Below, piece by piece: positions 44,389-60,860 of a stretch of DNA of 64,000 nucleotides (position 1 is the first letter of the stretch; each line of letters starts with the position of its first letter). The translations under genes were made by a program, and so were the position numbers. Origin of the DNA: Dimorphilus gyrociliatus (lineage: Eukaryota; Animalia; Annelida); the NCBI GenBank assembly GCA_904063045.1, contig CAJFCJ010000005.1, positions 1,131,988 through 1,195,987 on the forward strand, given 5' to 3'. The notes below the pieces were generated by a model that saw only the letters and a list, made by a program, of their open reading frames with translations, had not been told where the DNA came from and ran no database searches.

Positions 44389-44795
44389 TAAATCTGTAAT
44401 TAAGATCACACATGTCGAAGCATGTTTTTCTAGAATAACTAAAACGTTAATGAATATTGAATAAATACACTTAAACAAATTACAATTATGCCTCTCTCTT
44501 ATTGATATGCAGATTTTAGGACAAGAATATAATCTAAACTTTTTATATTTAATAATTCTAAAATTATTCATCGAATTTTATGAAACACTCAAAAAACTTG
44601 CAAATTTTTAAACTTTGATTTTTTAAAACAATTCTTTTAACGAGACATATTCATATTCCTGATTTGTTTATAATTATAGAAGAGACAGTCACACAAGCTT
44701 GCATTGATGGAAATGAATTTCAACTAATATAAACTAGCACAAAGTTATTTTCTTAAGAAATAGTTAAAAGTAGTGGAATCAACTCGACTTATAGA

Positions 44796-46987
44796 TTAGC
44801 TGGATGCTTGAATCAAGCGTAGCACACATTTATGTAGAGTGTGCATATATCTTTCCCATATCCTAATTAGTTGGGGATTATGCCTAAAAATAGAAATACT
44901 GATTATTCACATATGGTAAGGGTGTTAAAAATGTATAGCACTTGAAAAATTCTAATCGAGAGCTGGTTTCTTTATAAGCCCAGAAAAAAGTATTCGTATC
45001 AGCTATACTCCATCGGAACCCTCTAAATTGGTCCACAATCTGTTATTAAGAATAAGAAGTCATCAATACTTGATTTATAGATCAAAGTTATATGTAACAA
45101 ACTTTTTCGATAACGTCGTTAAAGAAATCTTTTAGTTCCTTGCTATGGTTTAAATTGTAACCGATGTGGATACATGCTTTACTAATTGACTGAAACAAAT
45201 TGAACGATTAATAACAATGGTAGTTCTGAAAAGAAAATCACCGTTAAAATACCTTAAAATTACAATCCAACTCGCTATAAGCATCAGGCGTAATTTTGTC
45301 TTTTACTTCTTTGCAAACGATACTATTGAGTTTTAATCTATGAACAATTAGTCTCTCAATAGTAATTTATATTTAACCTTTTATGTTCATCAAGAGAATT
45401 CATCATTCCTTTAATTTCACGAAGTTCATGAAGAAATTCTTGATCTAAATCCACATCCATGTCCTCGTGATTTTTACAGTCTGGAAAATGATGATTTTCA
45501 AAATGAGTATATTATAATGCGAATAACGTACAGGAAAGATCATGCGAAGGTACGTGGGTTCTAATTATGGTAGGGTGTATAAATTGAACATTGAGAGACG
45601 AGAATGCAAGTAACTAGTGCAATATAGCTGAAAGTACGGATGTATGTTCTAAAAGCGAGTCTAAAAACTTACCCTGCTTTTTCAATAGACTTTTACGATT
45701 ATCAAACCGCTGACTTAGATTTATCTTCCATGATGATTCTTTTGATTAATTTGTATCAATTAATACTAATCACTTTTTCTATTATCTTTCCTTATCTCCT
45801 TTTTTGGAGAGAATATTTTTTTGTACTCTAAATAAATATAATTATTCTTCTACATAAGCGAGTTTTCAATGTTTTCGATTCTAAACTATCGATAAGAATA
45901 ATCAAAGTTCGTGATTACTTGGTATATCACAATAATACATTACACTTAAGTATAACTAAAATTTAGAATGGTGTATCTCAAACACAATAAAACCATTAAT
46001 GTGTGGAAACCAGCATTATAGAAAAAGGTGACTACTTTAATATTTCTAGCTGATTATTTTATATCAAAACTTTTGCTTTAAAAATCTAACGCTGATATCC
46101 GATTTCTTAAATGATAAGACAAGATAAGACAACCCAACCTTCTGAACTATAACTCCAGTTGGTCATCATTTCGTTAGCACAGAAAGCAAAATCGTCGAAA
46201 GTAATATGAAGAAGACGTTTCTTTCCAGTTTCAAAGCGATTATTTGTTATAAATACTATTGCAGCATATTGCCTGTTGAAAAATTCATTAGAATATTATA
46301 GATCCCTAAAAAATATGCAATTAACCTAGCTAGAGAGTTACTTATTAAGAAATGTGTTTTAATATTTTCTACCAGGGAGCCCATTAACTCTTCCACAGTT
46401 TTAAATACCCGTTTTAAATTATCAAACTGTCTCCTGCAGGATTTCAATGCTATTCTCGTCTTCTCGCTCACATCGTCTAACTGATTTCGGTTTTTAGAAG
46501 AGAGTTTCTTTCCCAAAAACTCTCTGATTACTATCGAGTCTAAAGCATAGTATCTGTAAAATTTTCAAAACTTTTATACTCGTTATTGTGTAAAAGCCTT
46601 GTACCTTTCAACCAGGAGCTTTTGGGTTTCACTATCCAATTGAAACACCAACTGTTCAGGAAGTTTCTGAGGCGACTTCAGATACCTTTCAAGCATGTTG
46701 AATGTTCTATAATGGTTATGAATCTCGGCTCGTAACATCTCTGACGTTGCATCGAATTTTTGAACGACACCTTTTTTCTGCTGTACTGTACATGCTTCAT
46801 TCACTGACAAAAAATATTAAAATATGACACTGACTTATTATCAATGTTATAATTTTTTATTATAATATCGCTCATTAACAGAAAATCATCGTAATAAATC
46901 CCTACCTGTTAATCCTTTCAGCCACAACTGATAAACTTCTGCATCAACTATAGTATTATTTCCAACACAAACATCAATGTCCGTCAT
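44796..46987 (-). CDS. FIBP: Acidic FGF intracellular-binding protein
   Basis: [54 protein letters not shown] and C-terminal [16 protein letters not shown]. Confidence 0.92.
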
Positions 46988-47378
46988 TTAATTTTAATGA
47001 AATTGATGAATGTTGAACTCTGCACAAAAACTGGAGTATTTTTCCGTGTTTAACGGTTTTTTAATACAATGATATTGCTAAACACTGCACTTGAGCGGCA
47101 CTTAGACATTTTCATAGTGATAGGCAATATTATATACTACTCATTTTATAATATAATGAAAATCTGCCAGTAATTCTGTTACAAACTTAATAAGATCGAA
47201 TTATTAAAGGAGTTTTACGACTAGTTTACTAATGTTAAGATTTATAAATTGAAGTAAAGTTAAAAAAATGTTAGACTTTTGTTAAGCTCTATTTGTGTGC
47301 AGGATTTAGTTAGACTTGCACAAAAAACCGCTCGCCTTCAAATTTCTTTGAAAAGGTTTGTTTTCGTGAATTTTCTCA

Positions 47379-48223
47379 ATGGAAGGGAATAAAAAGGATA
47401 AAATAACTCGATCATTTGGGGAAGAAGACGAGAGAATGCTAGCCGCTTTTGGATTCACTAGCGAAGCTTTTGTAGATACCTGTAAGTAATGTTTTTTTTG
47501 CACTTTGAAAATGTAAACATTTATGATCGTATTATATTTTAGGCTATCGAGAGATAAAGCTATGTTTAGATCGATTTATAAAATCATTTTTGGAAAGAGC
47601 AAAGCAAGAGGCACGTGTTTTTATTAACAAATTCGTCATATAAAAGTTTAAATGTTTTTAAAACAGTTCCCTGACGTATTTAAAGACCAAGACATAATGG
47701 AAAAAGCAGAAGAAAAATTTAATGCCATCTATACTGGAAATATGAACAAATGCTTTTTAATCTTTCACGTAAACAATTCAATAGTTATTCAGCTTGCTTA
47801 TTTTTTACTTAGTTTCTCACTTAAAAGGAGTATTTGATCAAAAATTTCATGAGTATCCCCGAAAATGCTATTCTTCCACATCAAGCGAAAGTTGCCGAAT
47901 TCCGAACATGGACCATAGATGATAAATCTAAGCTATTAGAAGAAATATCCTCCCTCGAAAATGAAATTTATTTGGTTAAATTTAATGTTGAAGGTGAAAA
48001 ATCTCATCAACAACACGTTGAAAAGGTTCTTGCGGCTTATCAAGACTACTATTCGGAAGTGAAAAATAACGCGCTGGTTTCTAAAGGTAAGAGAATTACG
48101 ATTGTCAAAAGAAAATAGTTAATATCATTAAAATTTTATTTTTTTTAACTTTGTACAAAATATTTTCTAGGTTTTGATGACACAATGAAAACACTTGAAG
48201 AAAGAATAATGAACTTGAAATAA
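47379..48223 (+). CDS. MIS12: Probable kinetochore protein Mis12 homolog (multi-exon)
   Basis: AAFGFTSEAFVD resembles the Mis12 FFGFTP motif and NFMSIPENAILP resembles the Mis12 IPxNxLLP motif, followed by a coiled coil. Recognised by eye only. Confidence 0.55.
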
Positions 48224-48298
48224 CTAGCTTTATAAATGAATTTTAATTAATTGTGTGTTCATAAAAAACTTAAATAGGAAATTAACTAATTCACAATC

Positions 48299-51440
<3,142 letters not shown>

Positions 51441-52125
51441 TTTCCCGGTTTAAATATAAGCACATGGAGACGTCGTCTGCTAGTTCAGTTGGAGGTTATT
51501 CAACTACCCAGAAGAAGACAGATGGCGCAGTTAAGTGTTTTAGAAATTGTTTTAAAAAAGTATAAAGCCTAATATACATGATATCTTCAAACAACTAATA
51601 CTGTTAATTTACTTGATTGTCTGTTAGACATAAGCCTCATAAATGTCTGATTATAAACAATATAAGGGGCAAAACAGAAAATATTTAATATATATAACTA
51701 CAATACTAAAAATAAGTTAAATAATTATAAAAAAAATTACAAGCTTTATAAAGATAGTTTTTTCCGTGGGACATCGATTTTGAAAAATACATAAAATGTG
51801 TATTTTAATATGATAGCCTAAAAGTTGAAAACACTTTTTACAAATTTTTACTGTTGTTTAAAAAAGTGAAAAATACTGAAAAAACGAATATTAAATTTCC
51901 TTTAGAATATATCTATCAAAGAGAATTGTTCTTTTAAACGACTATTTATAGTGCTTATAGCAACTTTTCAACTTTTTATGTTTTACGGAGGTGAATATAT
52001 AATGGAGTACATACCAGTCTAGGGGTTTTACATTCTCCACGCATGCGTTAAAGCGGCTACCTAATATAAATAATATACTCTGATTTGGGACTCAGTCGTG
52101 TCAAAAATTAAAGCATAACCTCAAA

Positions 52126-52660
52126 ATGGACTCTGTAAGTAGAAATTCAGATAATTTCTTCATTAAAACTAAAAATTTAACTATAAAACCCATTAAAACA
52201 AGTATTTTATAACGGGTAGACTCATTTTAAAAAAGCGGTTGATACCGGTAATATAACTAATTTATTAATATCGGTCTAAATTGCTTTAAACAACTGAGAG
52301 GCAGTTGTGGTAATTCAATTTCTCTTCTAGGTTCAATGTTTGCACTTATTGGTGAAGCATAATAAAAGTAGACGTCCTTCATCTTGGCGACAAGATAACA
52401 TTACCAAATCGAAAGAAGAAGCCCTGCAGGAACTGGCAGAATACAGACAAAAAATCGTTTCGGGAGAATGTACTTTTGAGGAATTGGCTTCGAAAGTGAG
52501 CGACTGCTCCAGCGCCAAAAGAGGTGGAGATTTGGGCTCTTTTGGCAGGGGAGCAATGCAAAAGCCTTTCGAAGACGCAGCCTTCGCATTAAATGTCGGT
52601 GAACTAAGTGGAACGGTTGACACTGAAAGCGGTGTACATATCATTAAAAGAATTGCTTAA
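52126..52660 (+). CDS. PIN1: Pin1-type parvulin peptidyl-prolyl isomerase, apparently lacking the WW domain (exons 52126-52134, 52331-52660)
   Basis: [52 protein letters not shown]. Micro-exon ATGGACTCT|gtaagt splices in phase 0 to VQCLH. Confidence 0.85.
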
Positions 52661-52766
52661 TGAAGAAGCCAGCTTTTTCATTAACGAATCAATTTATGAT
52701 ACATTTGAAGAAATAAAATTTAAACTTGTCTTTAAAACTGTAATATAATTATTTTTTAATCTACCA

Positions 52767-54114
52767 TCATCTTTCAAGATTTTCTTCTTGAAGTTCTTCG
52801 AAGGCATCTTTATCTTCGTTGTATTGAAAAAGAGCTTTTAGTCTGTTCACAACCAATTTTGTTACGGATGACAGTTCATGCTGCATTACTGAAACTCCTT
52901 TTAAGGTTAATACCACCAGTTCCGACATACCGTCGAAGGTTAAGTCTAAAGCTTGCACTCCAAGTACAGGATCGGCAAATGATCGCTGCCAAATAACCTG
53001 ATACTTTTCATTATCCACATATTTATAAATTATCACTTGATGGCCATATGTACCAATAATGATTTCATTTTCACCATCAAAGTCTATATCTGTTGCCAAT
53101 AGAGAAAGAATACAATCATATTTGTCACTTTCGGGAAGTGTTAGTGCATTGTCTAGATGTTTTGACAGTATATTCCTGTAGACTACTACACCTTGTAGTG
53201 CACTAGATGCCACAATATGTAAATCATCGTTTTGTTCTTGTGAACAAAATGGATTTACTTCATCATATTCATCCTCACCAAGAACTTCTTTCACGAATTG
53301 AGGGCACTTTACTAGTTTTGAAGTTTGAAATATTCTAACGCAAGTTATTGGTGATTCATGGCTTCTTTCGAATTTTTGTACTTCTTTTGTTGTAATATTA
53401 ACAATTAAAAGAGATATAGTAGCATCCTGAAAACCAATTACGGTTAACCTTCGATTATTTTGAACCTCTGAATCCCACCAAAGCGGTACAGAGTGCAAAT
53501 TTTGAAATTCAGGGAAAAACTCCGTTACTTGAGCAGGAGGTGTTTGTTGAAAAAAGTTCTCTGAATTTTCTCTAAACATATGCATATTTTTATCGTTTCC
53601 ACTGAGAAGAAATACTGTTTCATCTTTTCCCTCTAATTTACCATGATAAAGTCTATAAGGAATAAATTTTAATTCAAAATGCTGGCAGGACTGAGCTATT
53701 CGAGTTAAATCTGAAAGTAACAAAAAAATAAGATTTAATATTTTAAGAAATTTATATATTTTTCATATTACCCCATTCTTCTGAATTTTCACCTTCAGAG
53801 TAGACATTCAAGAAGCATGAATTTGTGTCACGTTTTATAAAGGTAATGCCTACTACTAATCCACAATGGCGTCTTGAGTATGCATCAATAGAAACTATTT
53901 CAGCATCATGTGGAACATAATGAAATTGAATATCGTCAGTTTTTGCTTCTAATTTTGGATCGTGCTTAAAACTTAAGCAGCTGATTTTTTTCGATAGAGA
54001 AGACACAAGCAGTTTATTTTTGCCATCCGGGTGTTCAATTTTTGTTAAGCTATATATGTTGTTTTGTTGCAAACCGTAGTAGTGTAATTCTTCTAGATGA
54101 ACTGGAAGGGCCAT
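52767..54114 (-). CDS. KPTN: Kaptin (KICSTOR subunit) (exons 54114-53772, 53710-52767)
   Basis: QNNIYSL, FHYVPHDAEIVSIDAY..GLVVGITFIK, IAQSC..L.FIPY, ETVFLLSGND and DIDFDGENEIIIGTYG. Confidence 0.9.
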
Positions 54115-54363
54115 TCCCGAGTCTCTGTATGAAAACAATGATGGCCTATTCCGCTTCAAAAAATATGCGCTTTTTATTGGTTGGGAACTGGTATCCTAGC
54201 AAATACTCTAGGTATGGTAGTTGTTCCTGAGCTGGTTTAATATACTAAGTTTGGACTGTGGACATAACATACATGTGTACGAATATTAATAGCAGACGAA
54301 CTTTTCCAATAGCCTGATCGTTTTTTACCAAGAAAGTGATGTAAGAGGAAATCACTCTTACAA

Positions 54364-57300
54364 ATGTCGAACAACCTGGAAAGTCAGGAATTGGAGCTAA
54401 AAGCTCTTCAAGCAATGTTCGAAGAAGATATAACGGATCTTAGAAATGATGACCCTTGGAAAGTAAGCTTAGACATTAAAAACTTATTTTTGGTAGATTT
54501 AATCTCTGATCTTCGAATTGATGTAATACGTGTTTCAGATAAAAAGGCCTCCTGACATCAAAATAAACTTGAAACCTATAGCCAGTAGTAGCTCAAAAGT
54601 TTATGTTTCTGTTGAATTCCATATTAAACTAAGCTCATCCTATCCCAAAGAGTAAATTAATTTTTAGAGAAAAGTATTTGAAACTAATTTTTATTTAATT
54701 TGTTAGTTTGCCAGAAATACTTGAAATATCAGATAATAAAGGCTTGTCAGAGAGTAGCATAAAGAAATTGGAAAAAGAAATTAGGGAAAAGGCTGAAGAG
54801 AAGCAGGGAGAGGTTGATTGAAATGATATTTTTTTACTATGTTAAATTAATAAATAATCAAACACCTTTTAGGAAATTATGTTTGAATTGATAAGTCTTA
54901 TTCAACGTTATTTACAAGAAGTAAATGTGCCACCTAAAAAGTCATTTCACGACGATATGATAGAAAGAAAGGCTGAAGAGAGTCGTGAAAGAGTAAGAGA
55001 GGGGATAAAATTAGCTCAGGAAAAGGAAATATTAAAAAAACAAGAGGTAAAATTTTCGTATCTACATGAAAGTTCAAGAAGGCTGAAATGAATTTAACAA
55101 ATTAAAAGCATGTTTTGGCATAACTTTTAGGAGGATGAACTTCAAGAAGCTATGGAAAGGCGTATGAATGAAGCTAGACAAAAAAGAAAGGAAGCAAAGA
55201 CGTATAGATTTCAAAACAGCCGTGGATCAGAATCGGATGGGAGTAGAAGGTCTGATTTAGCATTTTTAGTGTTACATTTAATGTTACCTTATATGTAATT
55301 CTTGCGTAAACCAATATATAGCTCTTCTCGACCAAGGCGAAGAAGTGACACACCAGATCTTGAAAACTCCCCGACAGAAGTGAGATGCGTTAGTTTCCCG
55401 ATGAAAAAGTCTGCTGAAATTAAAGTCAATCTTGGACAATGCCTAGTTAGAACTGACTGTCATTCGACGTTTTTAGGATTTAGATTAGATTCAGGAAAAA
55501 AAGCTATTATTAACGAATGGAATTTTATTTGGAGAATACCTAAACGGAAAAGGAAAACTGTAGAAGAGAAAGAGCAAGATGCATGTGTATCTAAAAAGAT
55601 TAATGAAAAGGTTATTATCAGCCTGAGATCATTTCAAATAGTTTTACATTAGTTAAGATTTATATATTTTTCAGATCTCAGTTTTTGAGCATGAATATAA
55701 TACGGTTTTGAAACTTCAACATCCTTTATTGATTTTATATTTGTCTTTATTAAAAACTGAAGAGCAAGGCAAAATAACGGTCAATCTCTTGAGAGAAGAT
55801 TCTTACGGAATTAACTTGAAATCGTTACATCTGATCAACAATAATCCTGCCAGTATAGAAACTATAAAAATCTATGTACAGCAGCTAACAGAAGTACTTG
55901 CATATTTGCATAGTAAAAGTGTTATTCATGGGGATCTTACTCCCTGGTGTATTTGGATAAATGATTCCGGCTGCCTTAAACTGTCTGATTACAGCTTAAA
56001 ATCTAGGTAAGCCTACAGTTTCGTGCATGAAAGCAATTTTTCTTAGCCAGCATCTTTTCCACATAGCCTTGATCGTACATATGCTGAATTCGAAAATGAT
56101 AAGATTGGTAGTCATTTTGAGCTATTAGATGTTCTTCCTGTCGTCGGCAAGGGAAAACGAGCCGACATCTATCGATTGGTGAGAATTCGTTGATTTTTAA
56201 GATTTTATTATACGAAAATTTTATGCTGAAACTGTTTAAACAGGGAATAACAATGTTATCGGTGTATACTGGTTGTCTACAAGCAAAACATAATCCAGAT
56301 TATCCATCAAATATACCTAATAATTTTAAATTATTTTTAGATAGGTATTGCACTTGTTTTGTTCGATTTTGTAAATATTAATGAAATTGCAAATCTTACA
56401 GTTGTTTTTCTAACAAGAATATTACAATATCTCATTTGGGTCAACATATGTTTTTAAATGATTCTAACGATAAAGAAATTTCTGGTAACAATGAAAAATT
56501 AGAGGCAGTAGGAGAATCTGGTAAATTTAATGACATAAAAACAAGTTAAACAGATGTAATTTATAAAATTTCTTCTTTTTAGTGATCGTCACCGAAAAAG
56601 AGATTATACCCTATGTAGGATTTAGACTAAAACAAGAATTTTCAGTACTTGATTCATTGGGTAAAGGTGGATTTGGTGAAGTTATTAAAGTTGGATTTAC
56701 TATTTATCTATCTTTCATATCAATAGGTTCATTGAGCCAATTTATCTTTATTAGGTCCAAAACAAACTAGACGAAAGATTTTATGCCATAAAATGCATTA
56801 AGTTGTCAAAGAAAAATATATCAGTTACCAGAAAGATGTTGCAAGAAGTTAAGCTATTATCTAGATTCAATCATGAAAATGTTGTAAGGTATGTATCGGA
56901 GAGAATTCTTTGTGTAAATGTCTCAAGACTAAGTTACATTAAATTAAATTAAATTTTAAGATACTTCAATTCGTGGAAGGAGGAGGTCATTGAAGAGGAA
57001 AGCGAAAATTCATCGATATCTACTAATACAATAACTTCTGATAATGACGATCAATTTTTTGTTAATAGAAAAAAAAATGAAGATAGCCTCTTACCGTCTA
57101 GGCTGAACGTAAATATAATTTATAAGTTTAGAACAGATAATAAGTCCTTTTGTTTTAATTGGTATAAAAAGTTTTCAGCATCCGACCATGTTATTCATAC
57201 AAGTAGTCACTCCAGCTGGAGTCGTTCCGTATCCAATTTTGATGAGAGTGATGATGAGAAAGAAGACTTTCTTTCCGATTTGGGACAATCTTTTCTGTTA

Positions 57301-60300
57301 GTTTCCTTCACTTTTATGAACACTTTATTTACCTTCTTCTTGTCCCTAGATTTCTTCCAGATAATGAAAAAGATGACAGTATTGTGTTTGAAAGTCCCTC
57401 AAATAAAGAAAACTTTAACGAGCCTTCTAAATCTAATAATCCTGAACTTGACCAAGTAAATTCTGACGATTCACCTAAAACTACAGTGTATCTTTATATT
57501 CAAGTAGATTATTTATTAATATTAATGTGAAAGTGATTTATGTAACATTTTGAATGTTTTGTAGATGGAATATTGTGATAAAAGTACATTAAGGACAGTG
57601 ATAGACGAAGGTTTATATATGAATGAACAGCGTATGTGGAAAATGTTCAGGGAAATACTTGAAGGTCTATCGCATATTCACGAAAAAGTTGGTTTGATTC
57701 TTTCATTCAGATATAAAGTAGCCTCAATTATCCAAAAAACTTTAATATTTTAGGGCATGATTCACAGAGACCTAAAACCCGCAAATATTTTTATAGATTC
57801 AAATGATCATATTAAGATAGGAGATTTTGGATTAGCTACAATGGGGATATTATCCACCAAAGAAGCCAACCAAGAAGCAGATATAACTGAACCTAATATT
57901 CCTGAGAATAGTAGTATGACCGGAAAGGTTGGTACGGTATTTTATGTTAGTCCAGAAGTTATGGAAAATCTCGGTCGTTACGATCAAAAAGTTGATATGT
58001 TCAGTTTGGGTATTATTTTCTTTGAAATGAACTACAAACCTTTAAAAACTGCGATGGAACGCCACAAGGTCATTACAGAAGTTAGAAATCAGAGATTTCC
58101 AACAAATTTCGAAAAAAATAAGCCAAACTCACTTATTAAAATATTACAAGGTAAATGAACGAATAAATGAATGAATGATAAATGGTAATTTTCTTTTCAA
58201 GGTCTTTTGGAGAATGATCCAATTAAAAGAGTTTCATGTAAAGATCTTCTACAAGGAGATCTAGTTCCTGTTCAAACTGAAAAAGTTGAAGAAATAATTA
58301 AAGCTGCTGTAGAGCAATCGGGTGGCAAATCTTCAAGATATATCCTCAATACTCTGTTCCAGCAGAAAGTGGCACGAGTTGATGATATAACGTATGATTT
58401 GCACATTCAGCATCCATCTGTGTCTTTTTGCGTTCTTCATCAAAAAACGGTTGATACCCTTACAAATTTGTTTAGAAAGCATAGTGCAGTTTACTTAAAG
58501 ACGCCACTTCTGGTTCCAAGATCGGAAACTTATCAAGCAAATTGTCCACAATTTCTTGATTGCAATGGAACCTGCCTGTGCCTTCCGTATGATCTAAGAA
58601 CTTCTTTCGCTAGATACGTGGCAAAACATTCAATATTTGACATTAAAAGATATTATATTGGAAATGTTTATAGAAAATGTGAGGACGAGCGAGCCCATCC
58701 AAAGGAGTTATTTGAAGTAGCTTTTGATATAGTGTGTAATCAAGCATTTACTCTAACAGCTGATAGTGAAATTTTATTATTGTTATTAGACGTCTTGAGA
58801 GAATTTGAAATGTGCTCTCGTGATAAGCTAACTTTAACCCTTAGTCATTCAGATTTAACAAGAGGATTGTTCAATATTTTTGGAATTGCCGAAGATAAAC
58901 ATTTAGCAATCTTGAAACTATTCTCAGAAATAAAAAATAAAATTACCAAAAACGATATTAATGATATAGCTGATACTTCCTTATCTGAAAGAGACGTTCA
59001 AAGATTAAAAAGTTGTTTGCAAATCGAAGGTGAAAGCGTTCAGGTAGTTTCTTTCTTATAGTACTGTTTTCAGATTTCATTTTTAATATCTCCGTAGGAT
59101 TTTTCAAGTAAACTTGCTAACGAGATTAGAAATAGACATTCTACAAATGACCAAAAAATGATAAAATCTGCTCTGAAACATATCGAACAAGTACTAGAAA
59201 TAAAAAAAGCAACTGAGAACTATTTTCAAAATATCCCGAGCATTCGCATAGGATTTTTGAATTCGACATCACTTGCTAAATTTAATGGGATTATGCTTCA
59301 ACTGTCTAAATCAATTACTAAGGGCAAGAGATTTGATACAATTGCTGTTGGTGGTCGTTACGACAACCTGCTAAAAAATGTTGTACTTAAGCAAAAGATG
59401 GAGAATGTGGGAGCTGTTGGCATTAGCTTTAATTTTGATAGATTAAAAGAAGTATTGGGAAAACATGGAGAAAATTGTGCCATTTATGATGTTTTGATTT
59501 CCTGCATATCAGATCTCGATAAAACGTCTTGTCTATTGTTCCAATTAGCCAATAATTTAAGACAACTGGACTTTAAAGTAGATATTGTATTTACCTCTAA
59601 TCTTTCGCCAAATGATATAAATGAGTTGTTTCGGAAAAACGGTGTTGTTCATGTAATATCGGCTCTTCCTTCGAAAGAAGATTTTGATTGTAAAGTATGT
59701 TGTGCTTGAATTTTAAACGTATTCTATATTAAAAGTTTCTCTCCTTATCAGGTTAGGTCGTTTATTATGGAAAAAATTATAGAAAAAACTGTTTCGGTTA
59801 AAACAGTTCCAAATTACTTGTCGGCTTTAAGAAGGTCTGCAGTTGTCTTATTTTTTATATTTCAAATATAAATAAATACTTTTTTATTTAATAGTAAAGA
59901 AAAAGAAGACACATCGGACCCCTACCAAAGTTACAATAAATCCTCAATATCTGGAACACTTGGTTACGAATATATGCCAAACTTCAAATCTTCAAATGCT
60001 CCGGCTGACTATACAGTATCATATTTTTCATACATAGGCGATAAACTGTCGCATGGTATGAAAAAAAAGCATGATCATCAGGTAGATTAATATTAATTCA
60101 AACATTCTTCATTCTGCTTTATACTTATCTTCATTTTACAGATTACCGCTCAAATGTCAAAGATCTTGATCAATATTAATCCAAAAGCAAAGTGCGAGGT
60201 TCTGGTAACCGATTTGGATTTTTCTGTCATCAAGACAATAGCTGTTTATTTAGATTATGTCAGTGACCATAAAGAGCAATTTCACCAGAGTGTAACTCAA

Positions 60301-60571
60301 GTATTGGAAAAGTAAATTTCAATTTATAGCTAGTGTAATCATTCGCACTGAGAAATTATTAAAAATTACAGGCATCAACGACATCGAAAGTACATACTAG
60401 ATTTTTGCGATGAAATTTATAAAGCTCGCAATAAATATCAGTAAGTGAACGTACTTCTTGAGCACAAATTAGAATATTTTTATTTTTACATTTTTCTTCT
60501 TCAGACAGCCTCCAGTAATTGTGCTATTTTGCATAAATAGCGATGGTTCATACTATAAATTGTTAATATAG
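54364..60571 (+). CDS. EIF2AK4: eIF2-alpha kinase GCN2
   Basis: RWD domain (ESQELELKALQAMF), pseudokinase, kinase (LGKGGFGEV, YIQ|MEYCDKSTL, HRDLKPANIF, DFGLAT, GTVFYVSPE), HisRS-like domain (LPYDLRTSFARY, IAVGGRYD) and C-terminal domain. Confidence 0.95.
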
Positions 60572-60860
60572 TCAGCATCTAGCATCAAATAAACTGCTGA
60601 ATTAAAAAAGAAGTGTCCTAAAAGAATGAAGCTGCTATATATTTATATAAATTTATATATTAGTGCAGTATAAATTTATATAGTATATACTATATTTAAA
60701 TAAGCAAAATAGCGATATTTTAACAAGAAATTTTTATAAATTCTATATATAACAAGATAAATGTATTTCAAATTGAGAAAGACACATAAATTGAGCTATT
60801 AAATGACAAACTGCGCTAGAGTAGATAATCTTAAATTGTTGAAGAGCTTTGCTTCCCTCG

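Noticed and set aside
45420-45550. Plus-strand exon-like stretch [21 protein letters not shown]...|gtacgt
   Set aside because: It is largely the antisense of the FIBP exon encoding [11 protein letters not shown].
51993-52080. WSTYQSRGFTFSTH as a degenerate WW domain for Pin1
   Set aside because: It lacks the second Trp/Pro and the aromatic pair, has no ATG or splice link, and ends in a stop.
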